Below are positions 1-12,066 of a DNA stretch of 64,000 nucleotides, in pieces. A program made the position numbers and the translations under genes. Location: the NCBI GenBank assembly GCA_973895155.1, contig OZ316891.1, positions 13,609,037-13,673,036 of the forward strand, written 5' to 3'. The first letter of the stretch is position 1; each line of letters opens with the position of its first letter. The DNA comes from Marsupella aquatica. Its lineage: Eukaryota; Plantae; Marchantiophyta. The notes under the pieces are model-generated. The model saw only the letters and a list, made by a program, of their open reading frames with translations. It was not told where the DNA came from and made no database searches.

Positions 1-445
1 TTCCAAATGAGTTTTTGAATTTCTTTGCCTTTCCAATGAGTGTGAGTATAAGAAAGTTTGATCATAAGTTCATGAATTCTTTTAGCTTTCCAACATTGAG
101 TCCGACATTGACAAATTTCATGTCAGATTTTGTCACCGTACTAAAGAGATCATGAGATTTTCAATTTCATTAGCTTTCTAATGTGTGACATTGAGATTAT
201 TTGTCAAGAATTAAAGAGATCATGAGTATCTGAATTTCTCTAGCTTTCCAATGAACCTAACATTGATAGATTTTGTCAAGTACTAAGGAGATGATGAGTT
301 TTTAATTTTACTCTAGCTTTCCAATGAGTGTGACATTGAGAAATTTTATCAAGACATTACTAAGAGGTCACTAGTTTCTAAATCTTGATCTTGAGTTTTC
401 CAATGAATCAAACATTGACAGATTTTATCAAGTACTAAGGAAATT
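1..445. repeat. Degenerate tandem repeat, ~60-70 bp unit, about 6-7 copies
   Basis: Recurring blocks TTAGCTTTCCAATGA...GACATTGA(C/G)AGATTTT(G/A)TCAAGTACTAA(A/G)GAGATCATGAG; truncated by the window start. Confidence 0.75.
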
Positions 446-859
446 GATTATTTAGTTTTACAATGTGAAGCCAAAGGGGTCTTAACTATGTACATTTCTA
501 TTGATTGGTTTTTTCAAACTTGCAAACAATTAAAAAATACAAGCATTTTGATATAAAACACTAATATATCTTTGACAAACATCAGAATGGTAACTTTATT
601 TTACTAAATGACATCTCTTCCTTTGTATTTTGGGTTTTTTAACATTTAATATTTACGTCATGGCGCCCCAAAAATTACGTTACTTTTGCCACAAATAGGA
701 ATGTGCACGTTTGTTATTGTTAAAAGTAGGATCATTCATGTTTGTGGTTGGTTGTGGCGATGTGGTGCAATCTCATGGCAGAGAATTTGCAAGAGACCTC
801 TCATGGGGGTCCGTAAATAAAGCCCAAACAAAATCTCATAAGGCCTACAATCTAAAGTG

Positions 860-2795
860 AAGCGCAAAATGGTACTCACCATATATTTACAAGAAAAAGC
901 GGGAGCAAAAGTTGGGCATTCCTGGAGCTACCCTATCCTACAATCTATCTATCAATTTTGAATTGATCATAAGCTCCCCTCGTTGGCGTGTCTTTGAATT
1001 ACTAGTTTGGATGGCTGCCCGTCTTTGCAACACAAAGGTAGATGATGTGAACAACTTTATTGTCACTCCGTTTGCTTAAAGAGTCCCACCCCCAAAGTGC
1101 TCTTCACTCCTAAGGTCATGGCTTTAGTTACTGTTGTAAGTGGAACTGTAGTTAGTTTTTATATGCAATTTCTTACTTAGATTTGCATCATTTTTATTGA
1201 TTTTCTCAATTAATATTTTTTTCCAAACCTCTGTTTTGAAAACTTTGCTATCTCCAATTACTTTGGTGTACCTCCCCCCAACCTTGCTATAACTCAAGAT
1301 GAAATTCTATTGTTTATGACCTAGTACTCCGTACAGCAAGCCACAGGGAATAATTATATACCTGGTAATAGAAAATTTTGATATTTAGACTATGCTTGTG
1401 ACTAGGGGCAGACATGTATGCATGGGGAGGGTATGGGGAGTCTGTACAATGAACCTATCTTCCTTGGAAAATGTTTTTTTTAATTTATTTGGATAGTGAC
1501 CACAAAAACCCCGTGGCAAGGAAAAACAGGAAGAGTCCCACAACACAAAATCAACGACCCCCACCGGGAGGGCGGAAACAACAATAGGAGATGAAAGCCC
1601 AAAGACCAGGCCGTCAAACTCAGACACAATGATCCACACATATCACCAGGTGAAAGCATAACTCACTTGTAACTACATGCCCCATTGACCAGCTGACCTC
1701 CTATCTAGATGTAATCCAGGTCAGGCGGCTGTTCAGCCAAACTATTCTTTCCTATATAAGTATCTCCTTCACTCTTAGCAATCGTGTGTGTTGCCTACTC
1801 AAGGGCAAACACTACAATGAGCCTATCTTTTGCATATGCACAAAGATTGCGCTAGTCATGAATCTTAGTTCTGACCTATAGTATTTCTTCCTGTCGCACC
1901 CATGGATACTATGTAGAGCGAAAATCACAAGCTAATACACAAGCTGTTTTAAGAGGAAATCCAGCTTTCTTGCATTATCTATCTAACGACTGGATACCGT
2001 AAGATGATTAAGTTTGTGCAAGAAATATATAATTACTGAAAATTTGAACCTTGATCTCAAATCCTGGTACAAAATTTTAGATTGTGTTTGTGAACTTGGA
2101 AAGAAATCTACATGCATATATTACAAATATTCTGTTGTGATAAATGTATATGTTGCCTTGTTTAAAAAATATAAAATAAAATATCTAATGAAAATTCATG
2201 ACATTACGCTAACCTACAATCGAATGGGAAAAGTAGTGAGTTTTTTTCCTCTTTTAAAGGGAAAATCAGTGAAACCCTACAGAAACCAGTTACAATATTT
2301 GAACCCAACTAAGACCTATTAGTCCCTAACTAATCAAGTAAGCTATCACACAGCCATTGATAATTATATGACTACTTTGGCAAAAAGATTACTTTGAAAG
2401 CATGCACAAAGCTGATTGTCCTTGTTGTAAAATCTTCACCTTGAAAAGTCAATCTGTGGTTAGGGCAAGGTTTCGTAGGCAGGCCGGTAGGGGTTTGGGG
2501 GCACAAGAACTCCCCTCCCAGCCCTAGTCGTTCCAGCATATACTATGTGAGGCATTTTTTTCATTTAAAGGAAAATAATAAGCTTTCTTGTAAAGAGACA
2601 GCCAAGGCGGGTTTACTGTTCTTGTTGCATTGCAAGGACATACACTCTGTTTGCTATTGCCCAATGAATTCTTGGGCTGGAGCACTACTGCATATGTACA
2701 TCTTTGATTTATCTTGACATTGTGATCTAGAGACCTTTGTTGGGTATTTGTAATATGCAATACCTATCTTGGAGCTTCACACCTATGGAAGAACA
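860..2795 (+). pseudogene. Possible highly decayed LINE ORF2 (reverse transcriptase) relic, continuing after 32788
   Basis: Broken-frame fragments resembling LINE RT motifs in the expected order: NGTHHIFTRKSG (~868), GIPGATLSYNL (cf. GxRQGxPLSP), VDDVNNF (cf. ADD, ~1038), YKYL (~1755), and GASHLWKNTVGSWNSLK reading through the Copia A TSD junction. Weak, by-eye similarity. Confidence 0.3.
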
Positions 2796-3110
2796 TGTTG
2801 AACTAAGACGTCATTCGCAACGACCATACAACCATGACCATACAACCAATATCTACGTGGTTCACCTCTTTTCCAAGGCTACGTCCACACGAACACTCAA
2901 GCTTTACTTCAAGAGTAAACGAACACACATGCTCTCCCTCTTCCTCAAGTTGCTCCGTTACAAAGAGTAAGCACCACTCACCAGCGGCTTACACTAGCCC
3001 TAGTATATACAAGGTCACACACGACTAACCTAACCTCAGCTAAGATCCTAACTGTGGTTAGCCTAAGTGCCGTAACCTTTGAGTCACAAGACTAAGAGCA
3101 ATCCTTAACA
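2796..3110 (-). repeat. 3' LTR of Copia A (315 bp)
   Basis: TGTTG...TAACA termini; near-identical to 32456-32787; adjacent to the PPT. Confidence 0.95.
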
Positions 3111-3314
3111 AACTCCCCCTTGACTCTAGTCTTGGGGACTGCAATTTTTGCTATCCATATGAGATACTCAGCGGGAAATTCTAGACAATCACCTAAAACC
3201 ATAGGTGTCCCCCTAAAAACCATTTAAGGTTAACTAAGAGTTAACTAGAATTAAGCCGTAGCCATAACAGGATTGAGTAACTCATATACATAAATCACAT
3301 CTTGTTAAGTTACT

Positions 3315-6300
3315 CTACTTGTGCTGCAAATGCAAAACCTGCAAAGTAGCACGGTGTCTTGAGTAACTCTCCAAAGGAATCACTTTGGTAAAAGCATCAG
3401 CCGGGTTGAGTTTTCCATCAATCTTGACTAGCTCAAACATTTTATCAGACACTGCTTGCCTAATAAAATGGTACCTGATTTCAATGTGCTTCACCCTACT
3501 ATCCATCACCTGGTTAATAGCTAGGTGAAGCGCACTCTAGCTGTCACAATGAAGAGCCATTTTTCCATGCTCCAATCCCATCTCAGTGACCAGCTTATCC
3601 AACCAAATTGTTTCCTTTGCTGCTTCTCCTGCTGCAACATATTCTGCTTCTGTAGTAGACTGACATACACACTTTTGCAAGGTAGATCTCCAACTTATGC
3701 ATCCTCCTCCAAGAGTAAACACATACCCAGTTGTTGACCTCCTTGTTTCCAGACAGCCTCCGTAGTCAGAATCTACATAGCCAACCAAAGATTTGGTTTT
3801 GTTTGATTTACTATCAAACAACAAACCATAATCTATTGTGCCCTTAAGATACCTGAGAATCCATTTCACAACCTCCCAATGTACCTTCCCTGGATTTGAC
3901 ATGAATCTACTCACTTTGCCCATTGCTAGGGCTAGATCAGGCCTGGTACATGTCATCAAATACATTAGACTGCCCACTGCCTTCTCATAAGGAACCTTAG
4001 TCATCAAGCCTCTCTCCACTGGATCCATGGGGCAGAAAGCCGATGATAACTTGAAATGTGGAGCCAAAGGAATACTTACTGGCTTACAATTTTCCATATT
4101 GAATCTTGCAAGTACCTTTTCAGCATACTTGCCTTGATTCAGCCACAATTGTCCAGTTTCAAAGTTCCTCGTAATCTCCATACCTAAGATCCTCTTGGCT
4201 TTCCCAAGATCCTTCATTCGGAATTCAGAACTCAATTTTGCTTTGAGTTTGTCAACCTCAGTTTGATCCTTAGCCGCAATCAACATGTCATCCACATAGA
4301 GCACTAGAATGAGCAAACCAAACACACCATTCTTGACTGATTTCGTATACACACAAGGGTCATACACCATCCTAGTGAATCCTTGTGCAAGCATGAAATC
4401 ATCAAACCGCTTGTTCCACTGTCGAGGAGCTTGCTTCAATCCATACAAGGACTTAAGCAACTTGCAAACTAAACTCTCTTGGCCCTTCTTCACAAAGCCC
4501 AGTGGTTGCCTCATGAAAATTTGTTCTTCCAAGGTGCCATAGAGAAAAGCAGTAACAACATCCATTTGATCTAACACCACATCAAAAAACACAACAAGTT
4601 GACACAAAATTTGTATCGTGGAATACTTGGCAACTGGAGAGAAGACCTCATTGTAATCCACTCCCTTCTCTTGAGTGAATCCCTTGGCAACAAGCCTTGC
4701 CTTGTATATCTTGTCTTCTCCATCTGAAGAGTTGTCCTTCAGTTTGTAAATCCACTTGCTATCCACCACTTGTTGATCACTTGGCAGTTGCACCAGCTCC
4801 CATGTTCTGTTGTCACTTAAAGATTGCAACTCCCTCTGCATCGCTGCATTCCATTCATCTTTCTCGTCTGAAATGCACGCCTCATGATAAGAAGAAGGTT
4901 CTCCTTCTTCCAAGATCAGTGCTCTGTCATCATCTTCAGGTGCAATGTCAACATCATCTAACCTTGATGAATCTGTCCATTGTCCATACCTTGTAGGAGC
5001 TCGAGTAGTACGTCTTGATTTTCTAGCTGATGATTCTGGTTGATCTTGTTCTATTGGTTGAATTTGAGGTATTCCAACAACAACTTGCTCCTCTTGTTCC
5101 AATACCGGAACCAGCTCCATTCTCGGAGCATCTCCTTCATTTATGTCATGAAAACTCTCATGACCAATCTCCCCCACAATATGGTCCAGGATAGGAGATT
5201 TACCTTTGTCAGTACGGGAAGTCTGAGCATTCTCCCCCTCCTTTGATGATCTGGATTCATTAAAGGATACATCTCTACTGACAAGCAACGTACAAGCTTC
5301 TGGATCCCATAGCCTGTAACCTTTCACACCTGGTTGATAACCAAGAAAAAGACACTTCTTGGAAGTAGAATCTAGTTTAGATCGATTCTGCTTAGGTGTG
5401 AGAGCATATGCATCACTTCCAAAGACTCTCAAAACCTGATAGTCTGCGTGCCGTCCATACCTCATTTCAAATGGCGTCTTGAAATTGATTGCACTTGAAG
5501 GAGAAAGATTTACCAAATAAGCTGCCGTATTTATAGCTTCAGCCCAAAATTCATGCGGTAAACCTGATTGGCTCAACATACTCCTCGATCGCTCCAATAG
5601 TGTTTGGTTTAGCTGCTCACAAACACCATTCTGTTGAGGAGTATAAACTGTCGTGAGATGACGAGTAATCCCTTGCTCTACATAATATAGTTCAAATTCA
5701 CTTGAACTGTACTCCCCGCCGTTATCTGATCGCAGATATCTCACCTTGGATCCAGTCTGATTCTCAATTTGGGCTTTCCACTTCTTAAAAGTGCCAAAAA
5801 CTTCAGACTTGGCATGTAGAAATGTGATCCACACATACCGTGAGTAATCATCAATGAACGTGACATAGTACAATTTTCCAGAAAATAAGGGAGTTGGGGC
5901 TGGACCTCACACATCACTATGTACATACTCAAGTATAGCTTTGGTATTGCGAGTTTCAACACCAAAGGTTCTCCTGTGCTACTTCCCAAGCACACAGTGT
6001 TCACAAAAATCTAGCTTAGTAGATTCCAAATTAGAAAGAAGTCCTTTCTTGCGAACTACTGTCAAACCCTTTTCACTCATGTGTCCCAATCTGCAGTGCC
6101 ATAACTGAGTCATCTCACCTTGAGATCTAGTTACACTAACTTCTTCACAAATCATGTTGCCCTCCAACAAATATAGATTCCTGTGCCGCTTACCCTTCAT
6201 GACAACCTTGCCTCCGGTTGACACTTGAAGAATACCATCAGCAGAACTCCACCGACATCCATTTGCTTCCAGCATTCCAAGAGAAATCAAGTTCTTTTTC

Positions 6301-6542
6301 ATGTCAGGTATATGTCTGACATTATTCACTATTCGCACAGCTCCATCAAACATCCGAATTTTCACGGATCCAATTCCAACAATTTGACAAGGATGATCAT
6401 TCCTCATCAACACAGAATCGGTTGATACTGAGTAAGAAGTAAAAAACTCTTTCATACAACAAATATGATAGGTACAGGCACAATCTAAAATCTATTCATC
6501 ACCATTGTTACTGGATGAAATGCAAAGGGCAACATCTGGACT
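3315..6542 (-). pseudogene. pol: Copia A pol (protease, GAG-pre-integrase, integrase, RT, RNase H) with in-frame stops
   Basis: ILDCAC protease, LWHCRLGH..CEHC, SDNGGEY, QQNG, YKARLVAKG, QMDVVTAFL, LYVDDML, STTEAEY, KHIEIRYHF. One frame interrupted by stops at ~6492, 5979, ~5906 and 3537. Confidence 0.93.
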
Positions 6543-7469
6543 TCACAAGATTTCATCATCAAGCAAGTCAATCATATCAACATCAGTGGCTGCGTTCGCT
6601 GATGGTTGATGAGTCTGCTTGATTCGACAGTCTCGTTTCATGTGGCCAAGCTTGTTACATTTCCAGCATATAATTGGTTTCCTTTCTAGAGATTTCTCTC
6701 TAGACCTGGATCTAGACTTAGATCGAGCCTTCTCCTTGCCTCTATTCCGTGAGGGGTACGTTTGTGAAAAGGACCTATTTTCACCAGTCATCCATTGTTG
6801 AGTCCTCCCGCGGTTCACATTCAATGCACTGCCAGATGAAGATGGTGTCTGGGCATGACCCAGTTTCTTCTGTGCATCATCTAACAACAAAGAGCTTACC
6901 ACCTCATTATATGAAATGGTTTTGAGATCTCTATACAAGAGAACCTGTTTCAAACCTTGATACGATGGGGGTAAGGAACTGAGAAGAAGCAATGCCTTAT
7001 CTTCATCTTCCATGCCCTTGCCAAGATTTGAAAAATCTACAGCTAGGCTGTCGAATTCATCCAAGTGATCTCGAAGCTTGCCTCCTTCTTTTAGCCTCAA
7101 GCTCATCAAGAGAGACTTCTTGTACAACCGATCTGAGGCATCCTCTCGGTAGTACTTCTCTCTGAGGGCCTTGAATAAGGATACGCAATCCTCGTAGTCG
7201 TCCAACTTCTTAATGATATGCGGCTTCAGATATAGCATAACCGCATTCACAACAATCACTTGCTCTTGCATCCATTTCCTCAACGAGATCTCCTCCTCAT
7301 TGCTAGACTCCTCCCGAGTCGATAGTAGATGATCTAGGCCCATAGCACAAAGAATTCCCTTAACCTGCTTCTCCCATAGCAAATAATCTGTGCGCCCATC
7401 ATATTTTTCCACCTCAAACTTGACACCTCCAAACTTGGATGCCATCGTTGTCCTCCGAACGTTCTCCAC
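6543..7469 (-). CDS. gag: Copia A Gag
   Basis: KFEVEKYDGRTDYLLW, LLLSSLPPSY (UBN2-type gag), CCHC knuckle CWKCNKLGHMKRDC. Confidence 0.92.
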   Translation of the reverse strand: MENVRRTTMASKFGGVKFEVEKYDGRTDYLLWEKQVKGILCAMGLDHLLSTREESSNEEEISLRKWMQEQVIVVNAVMLYLKPHIIKKLDDYEDCVSLFKALREKYYREDASDRLYKKSLLMSLRLKEGGKLRDHLDEFDSLAVDFSNLGKGMEDEDKALLLLSSLPPSYQGLKQVLLYRDLKTISYNEVVSSLLLDDAQKKLGHAQTPSSSGSALNVNRGRTQQWMTGENRSFSQTYPSRNRGKEKARSKSRSRSREKSLERKPIICWKCNKLGHMKRDCRIKQTHQPSANAATDVDMIDLLDDEIL

Positions 7470-7809
7470 GTGCTATTGCTGTGATGCTCCCTATATGCTT
7501 TTTCCTTCCTTCTCGTTGATTCAAATCCAAATCACGAAAAAATATTGTTTTTCGCAACTTTCCAAAAAACTTGAAACTTGTCACCGCCACTTAGCCCACC
7601 AACCTAGCAAGCCAACGCTGAAATCCAAAATTGAAATCGAGTTCCGACGAAAAACTTTTTCACATTTCGGTCGGGGTGGGTAAAACTCAAAAATTCTTCC
7701 CCGTTTTGACCACCTTGGGGAATAAGAAAAATTCCAAGTACCACCCGTCGTCGGAAATATCAGCCTATTCAATAAAAGTGTATTTTCTTTTGTTCACAAA
7801 TCAGTCTTG

Positions 7810-7878
7810 AAATGTACACTTTCATGTCCCCAAATGTACACTTTTTGGTCTCCAAATGTACACTTTATAGGCCAAATC
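7810..7878. repeat. Left subterminal repeats (C)CAAATGTACACTTT, 3 copies
   Basis: Seen directly, ~21-23 bp spacing. Confidence 0.85.
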
Positions 7879-8199
7879 ATATAAGTATTATATTAATAAA
7901 TAATACATATTATATCATTTATGATTCACAAAGAATAATAGGATAGAGATCATTATTTATGAATTCACAAAGAATAGTAGGATAGAGATCATACTTATAA
8001 AAACATTTCAGCACAAATACTCCCTTGAATATGTGTGAACAAAATGACATAACTCCAAATAGATTATAAAATAATATACAATTATCTCCAAATTTATAAT
8101 GTATTTCTTCTATCTAAGGGGCTTAACATGAGTCATATCTCTAAACAAAATGCTCCTTACAATGTGTATTTGAGCACGTGCCCCTGTCTCCTTTACTAT

Positions 8200-9176
8200 C
8201 TACCTAGTGTCACGGTTGCAAGTCCCTTTATCTTCAGGGAGCTGAAACTTGGTGGTGTTGTTCCTAATGGCTATAATCTCCCGCAAAAAGTGTCTGGGAT
8301 TTTCTCTATGTGGACCTGAATAGTCCCTTCCTACAAATGCTTTAGCAAGTGACGTGACAAGTGCATCGTCAAGTTCTGCCTCAGGACGTAAACTACATAT
8401 ACGATGCTTCACGTTCCAAGGAATCTCATTGCTGTTGAGATCCAACACACTATGCGTAAACTGTGACTTCCAAATTTTTGTTGCACATCTCTTACTAAGT
8501 TGATCATAAGTAATTTCATTTTTTACCTTGTCTCTCTTTATGTGCAATAGAGACCACAGTGGAGAGTTAAGAAGAAGATAACATCTAATGTCACTTGCAT
8601 GGGATAGTTTCTCAAGACAAGGCCAAAGAATTGTTAGAAGAAAATTATCTCCACCATTGGCATGCGTGTAGGGCACTGGAAATAGTCCGGTCATGCTTGG
8701 GTTGGCAAATGCCTTAAGGGGGGAGTCATCCACAAGGAGGGTGTTGGTTTCATCATATAGATTTCCAAATCCACTCCATACCACCCGAAAATCCTTCAGT
8801 AGCACATTTGTCTTTCCGTTTGTAATGTCACGCCTTTGAATGCCTGTGTCAAAGGCTTCCACTTGTGTGAATACAAACTTAAGTTTCAACTGCTCCTCAA
8901 CAGTGAACATCATGTTCAGCATTTTCACTGTTCGATGTACCCCAGCACATGTCCAAATTGCAACGTCAAATCGGTCAAAAACCAACTTTAGAAACTCATG
9001 GAGCCCTGGCCTTTCTGTGTACATGCGACTAATTCCATTTTTTCTATCCCAATGCACTCCACTTGGGATCACAACATTTCTGGATTTGCCCTTGCTTTGG
9101 AATTCAACTGAATCCCAAAGTATTTTGTTAAGATCCAAAATCAGCAATTTGCGCTTGATGGAACAAGGTCTTGGTT
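8200..9176 (-). CDS. FCP1/NIF (HAD-family, CTD-phosphatase-like) domain exon inside the DNA transposon
   Basis: RKLLILDLNKIL, RPGLHEFL, VAIWTCA, LLKDF, NTLLVDDSPLKA. Motif I is DLNKI, not the canonical DxDxT. No convincing ATG; strong acceptor TTGCAG| at 9178/9177. Confidence 0.82.
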
Positions 9177-11873
9177 CTGCAAGTGCAACAAATACCAATC
9201 TTAGAGATAAAACCACATTTGAAGTTTGGATAGAGATCATCTCTGTCAATCCAACACAAGTGGCCAACCACAAAGAAAATATATTTGCATACTGATCAGA
9301 TTCATTGAGAAACCGTAAAGAGGAGATGGATATTGATACTGATGCTCTAATTGTTAAACTTGAAGTATAATTATACAGACTATATTATATCAAATTGATA
9401 AGGTCACATCGCTCAATCTAGACCTTGGCTAACAATGCGATCCATATTCATCAATCAAGATATCATCACCGAGTTCTTGTTGGATCTCATAATTGACATC
9501 GGAGGTACTCTCCTCTACCCAATAAGGTGCAGACCAAACCGGAGTTATCAATCCCAATTCTCCACTTCTATAAGTTGGATCTTTCTTGTGCTTTTTGTAC
9601 GAGTCATTGTTCAAAATTGATTGAGCAGCATCCAACGCAACTTCAGTTCCTACATCGGGTCCACTTTTCCACACGTAACATTGACAATCATATTCAAGTG
9701 ACTTATATCCAGTTGATCCTACTCTCTTCCCTTTCTTTTTTGAGAGTGGAAGGATAACGGGACTTCTTGATTGTGATCGAACAAACACCAATTTGTCATC
9801 AGAAGCGGAAAAGAGTGTATTGGGACAAATTGAAGCACCTGCCTGGTTGTCAGCAGTCGTGGATGCACTTGCTTCATTCACGGGAATGTCAGCTATTTGG
9901 ATGGGCTGTGGTCTCAATCCCAATGTGTCGAGTTCATTGGACTCACCATGCCTCTCCGCACCTTGATTGAGAAGGTTGTTTGAAGAAAGTTTTTCAAAAG
10001 TATCAACTTCCATCTCTTGTCCAGACACTTGTGGATGGAGACCATCTCTATCCAAGTTATCATCATATTGGCCCTCGTTGGGGCCCATGGGGGCAGCATC
10101 TGTAATTGGTGAACTACAAGGTGCAGATCCAACAATCATATCGTCGTCCACAAGGTCAATATTTTCACCCTCGCCAACTCGGTCATCCAAATTCTTCACG
10201 TATGCCTCTGATGGCCCATCGTCTTTGACTGATTGGTCAGCTCCATCTTCTTGATCACCATCTGATTCATCCTCAATAGCAACAGCGGCAGAAGAGGGTT
10301 CCCAATGTCTAGAACTTCCACCGACATAGCGATCATAACGATCTTTGATGGTGGGAACCTTCTCACAAAGGAACGAAGCGTATGCTTCCACAAAATGTCT
10401 CTCATGTTGAGAGTCACAATAAACAAAACATTCACGTTGAGAAAAAAGGGATGCCTTCATCACTTGACCACCAGAGAAAAAGTCAAGAATCAAATCCCCC
10501 GGCTCGGACAGTGTTTGGATGATCTTTTGGATCATCCGTGTGGGTTTGGCGTGAGGATTCACCCACCCACCCCGAGCGCCGACAGTCTCAAATCGAGGTG
10601 CCATGTGCAGAAGGATTGCCGCCTCTTCTGGGGTCATCATATTTTTTAGATCTTCATGCAATGACTCCTCCTCCGCGTCCTTGGCCTTTCCCTTTCCCTT
10701 GACCTTCTCAACCACGAAATCAGTATCCTTTTCACCGTACACCCATTTTGGCTTCATTTGGTTGGGCTTGAACACTTCATCCCAACTGACGTTCTCCTCG
10801 CGAGAAATTCCGGCAAAGATAACCTCTTCTATTCCTCCCTTCCAACATGAGTCCTGAGGGTGAGGTTGATCATCTCGGTAATAACTCCCATACTCAATGT
10901 GAATACTCAGAGTTTTTGAATGTCCTAATTTACGAAGAGCGCTTAGGACATTCAGTACAAGATAACCCGGATGGACAGTTATCATCACAACAATGGTAGG
11001 ATTCCGTGGTAGCTCTACTATATATTGGAAGAGGACCAAAATCTCAACTTCAGTCCACTCTTTTTGCTGAAGTCGGCTGAAATCAACAATTGCAAGAGGG
11101 CATGTTGGAGATTGTTCTTCCAACGACTCCGGATCCACAGTCTTCATTAGGTTGTTACTAAAAAATGTGACCCACGGCTGGGTCCGAGAACTTGTCCCAC
11201 CGCCAAACTTTTGATAGTAAATATCATCTAGACGCATCACCAATGTCATTGGCAATATCTCACTCTCCTTTGTATGATTCGACTTCAACAAATTTGTCAA
11301 CCATACATCGCCAGCTGCTCTTCGGCACCTGTTCAACTCCGAATCGGGACCCAATAATGGGAGGACTTCAATCACTTTAGCCCAATCAGTATCTGCTGGG
11401 AAGTGTTTTGGATCCTTCTTGAAGTAGTAATCTCCAATAAGAGACTTCAATTTGATCAATATCTTCACCTCCTTTGCAAACTCCTCCATCGCTGGAACAT
11501 CTGACTTATTAGTCGGATCTTTCTTCAATAAAATCTGACCCAACTTCACCTTGTTCAAAATTCTGGTCAAATCTCTATTTGAGATTTCACCATCAAAACA
11601 ACGAAACATGGCGACGGTTATCGCCTTTTCGGACCTTTTGTTTCCCTATGTACCAGCCCCATCAGGAAGTTTTCCATCAATCCACATCTGGCACACTAAC
11701 CGCCATAACTCGAAAAGATCATTCTCGGCAAAAAGTAACCAGTATACATTTTTCAAGTCTTTTCTCCCCATGGTCATCCTTGCCAATGCCAGATAATCCT
11801 ACAGTCAAAAATTAGGGAGAATGTTGTAAGTTATCTACAATCAATGAGATTTGACAACACACAATCGCTTGCT

Positions 11874-12066
11874 TGGACAGAGACCATCTCCGTCCAAGCC
11901 ATAACCAAAAGTAGAATGAAGTAAAATCTACAGAATGGAAGATCTCACTCTTGGACAGAGACCATCTCCGTCCAAGCCATAACCAAAAGTAGAATGAAGT
12001 AAAATCTACAGAATAGAAGGTCTCACTCTTGGATAGAGACCATCTCCATCCAAGTCATAACCAAAA
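11874..12066. repeat. ~78-bp tandem repeat (2.5 copies) in intron 2, each carrying a palindrome variant
   Basis: TTGGACAGAGACCATCTCCGTCCAA-GCCATAACCAAAAGTAGAATGAAG... repeated. Confidence 0.9.

Noticed and set aside
1361-1650. Short inverted match CCTGGTAATA / TATCACCAGG suggesting a MITE
   Set aside because: Only 10 bp with a mismatch and no clear TSD.
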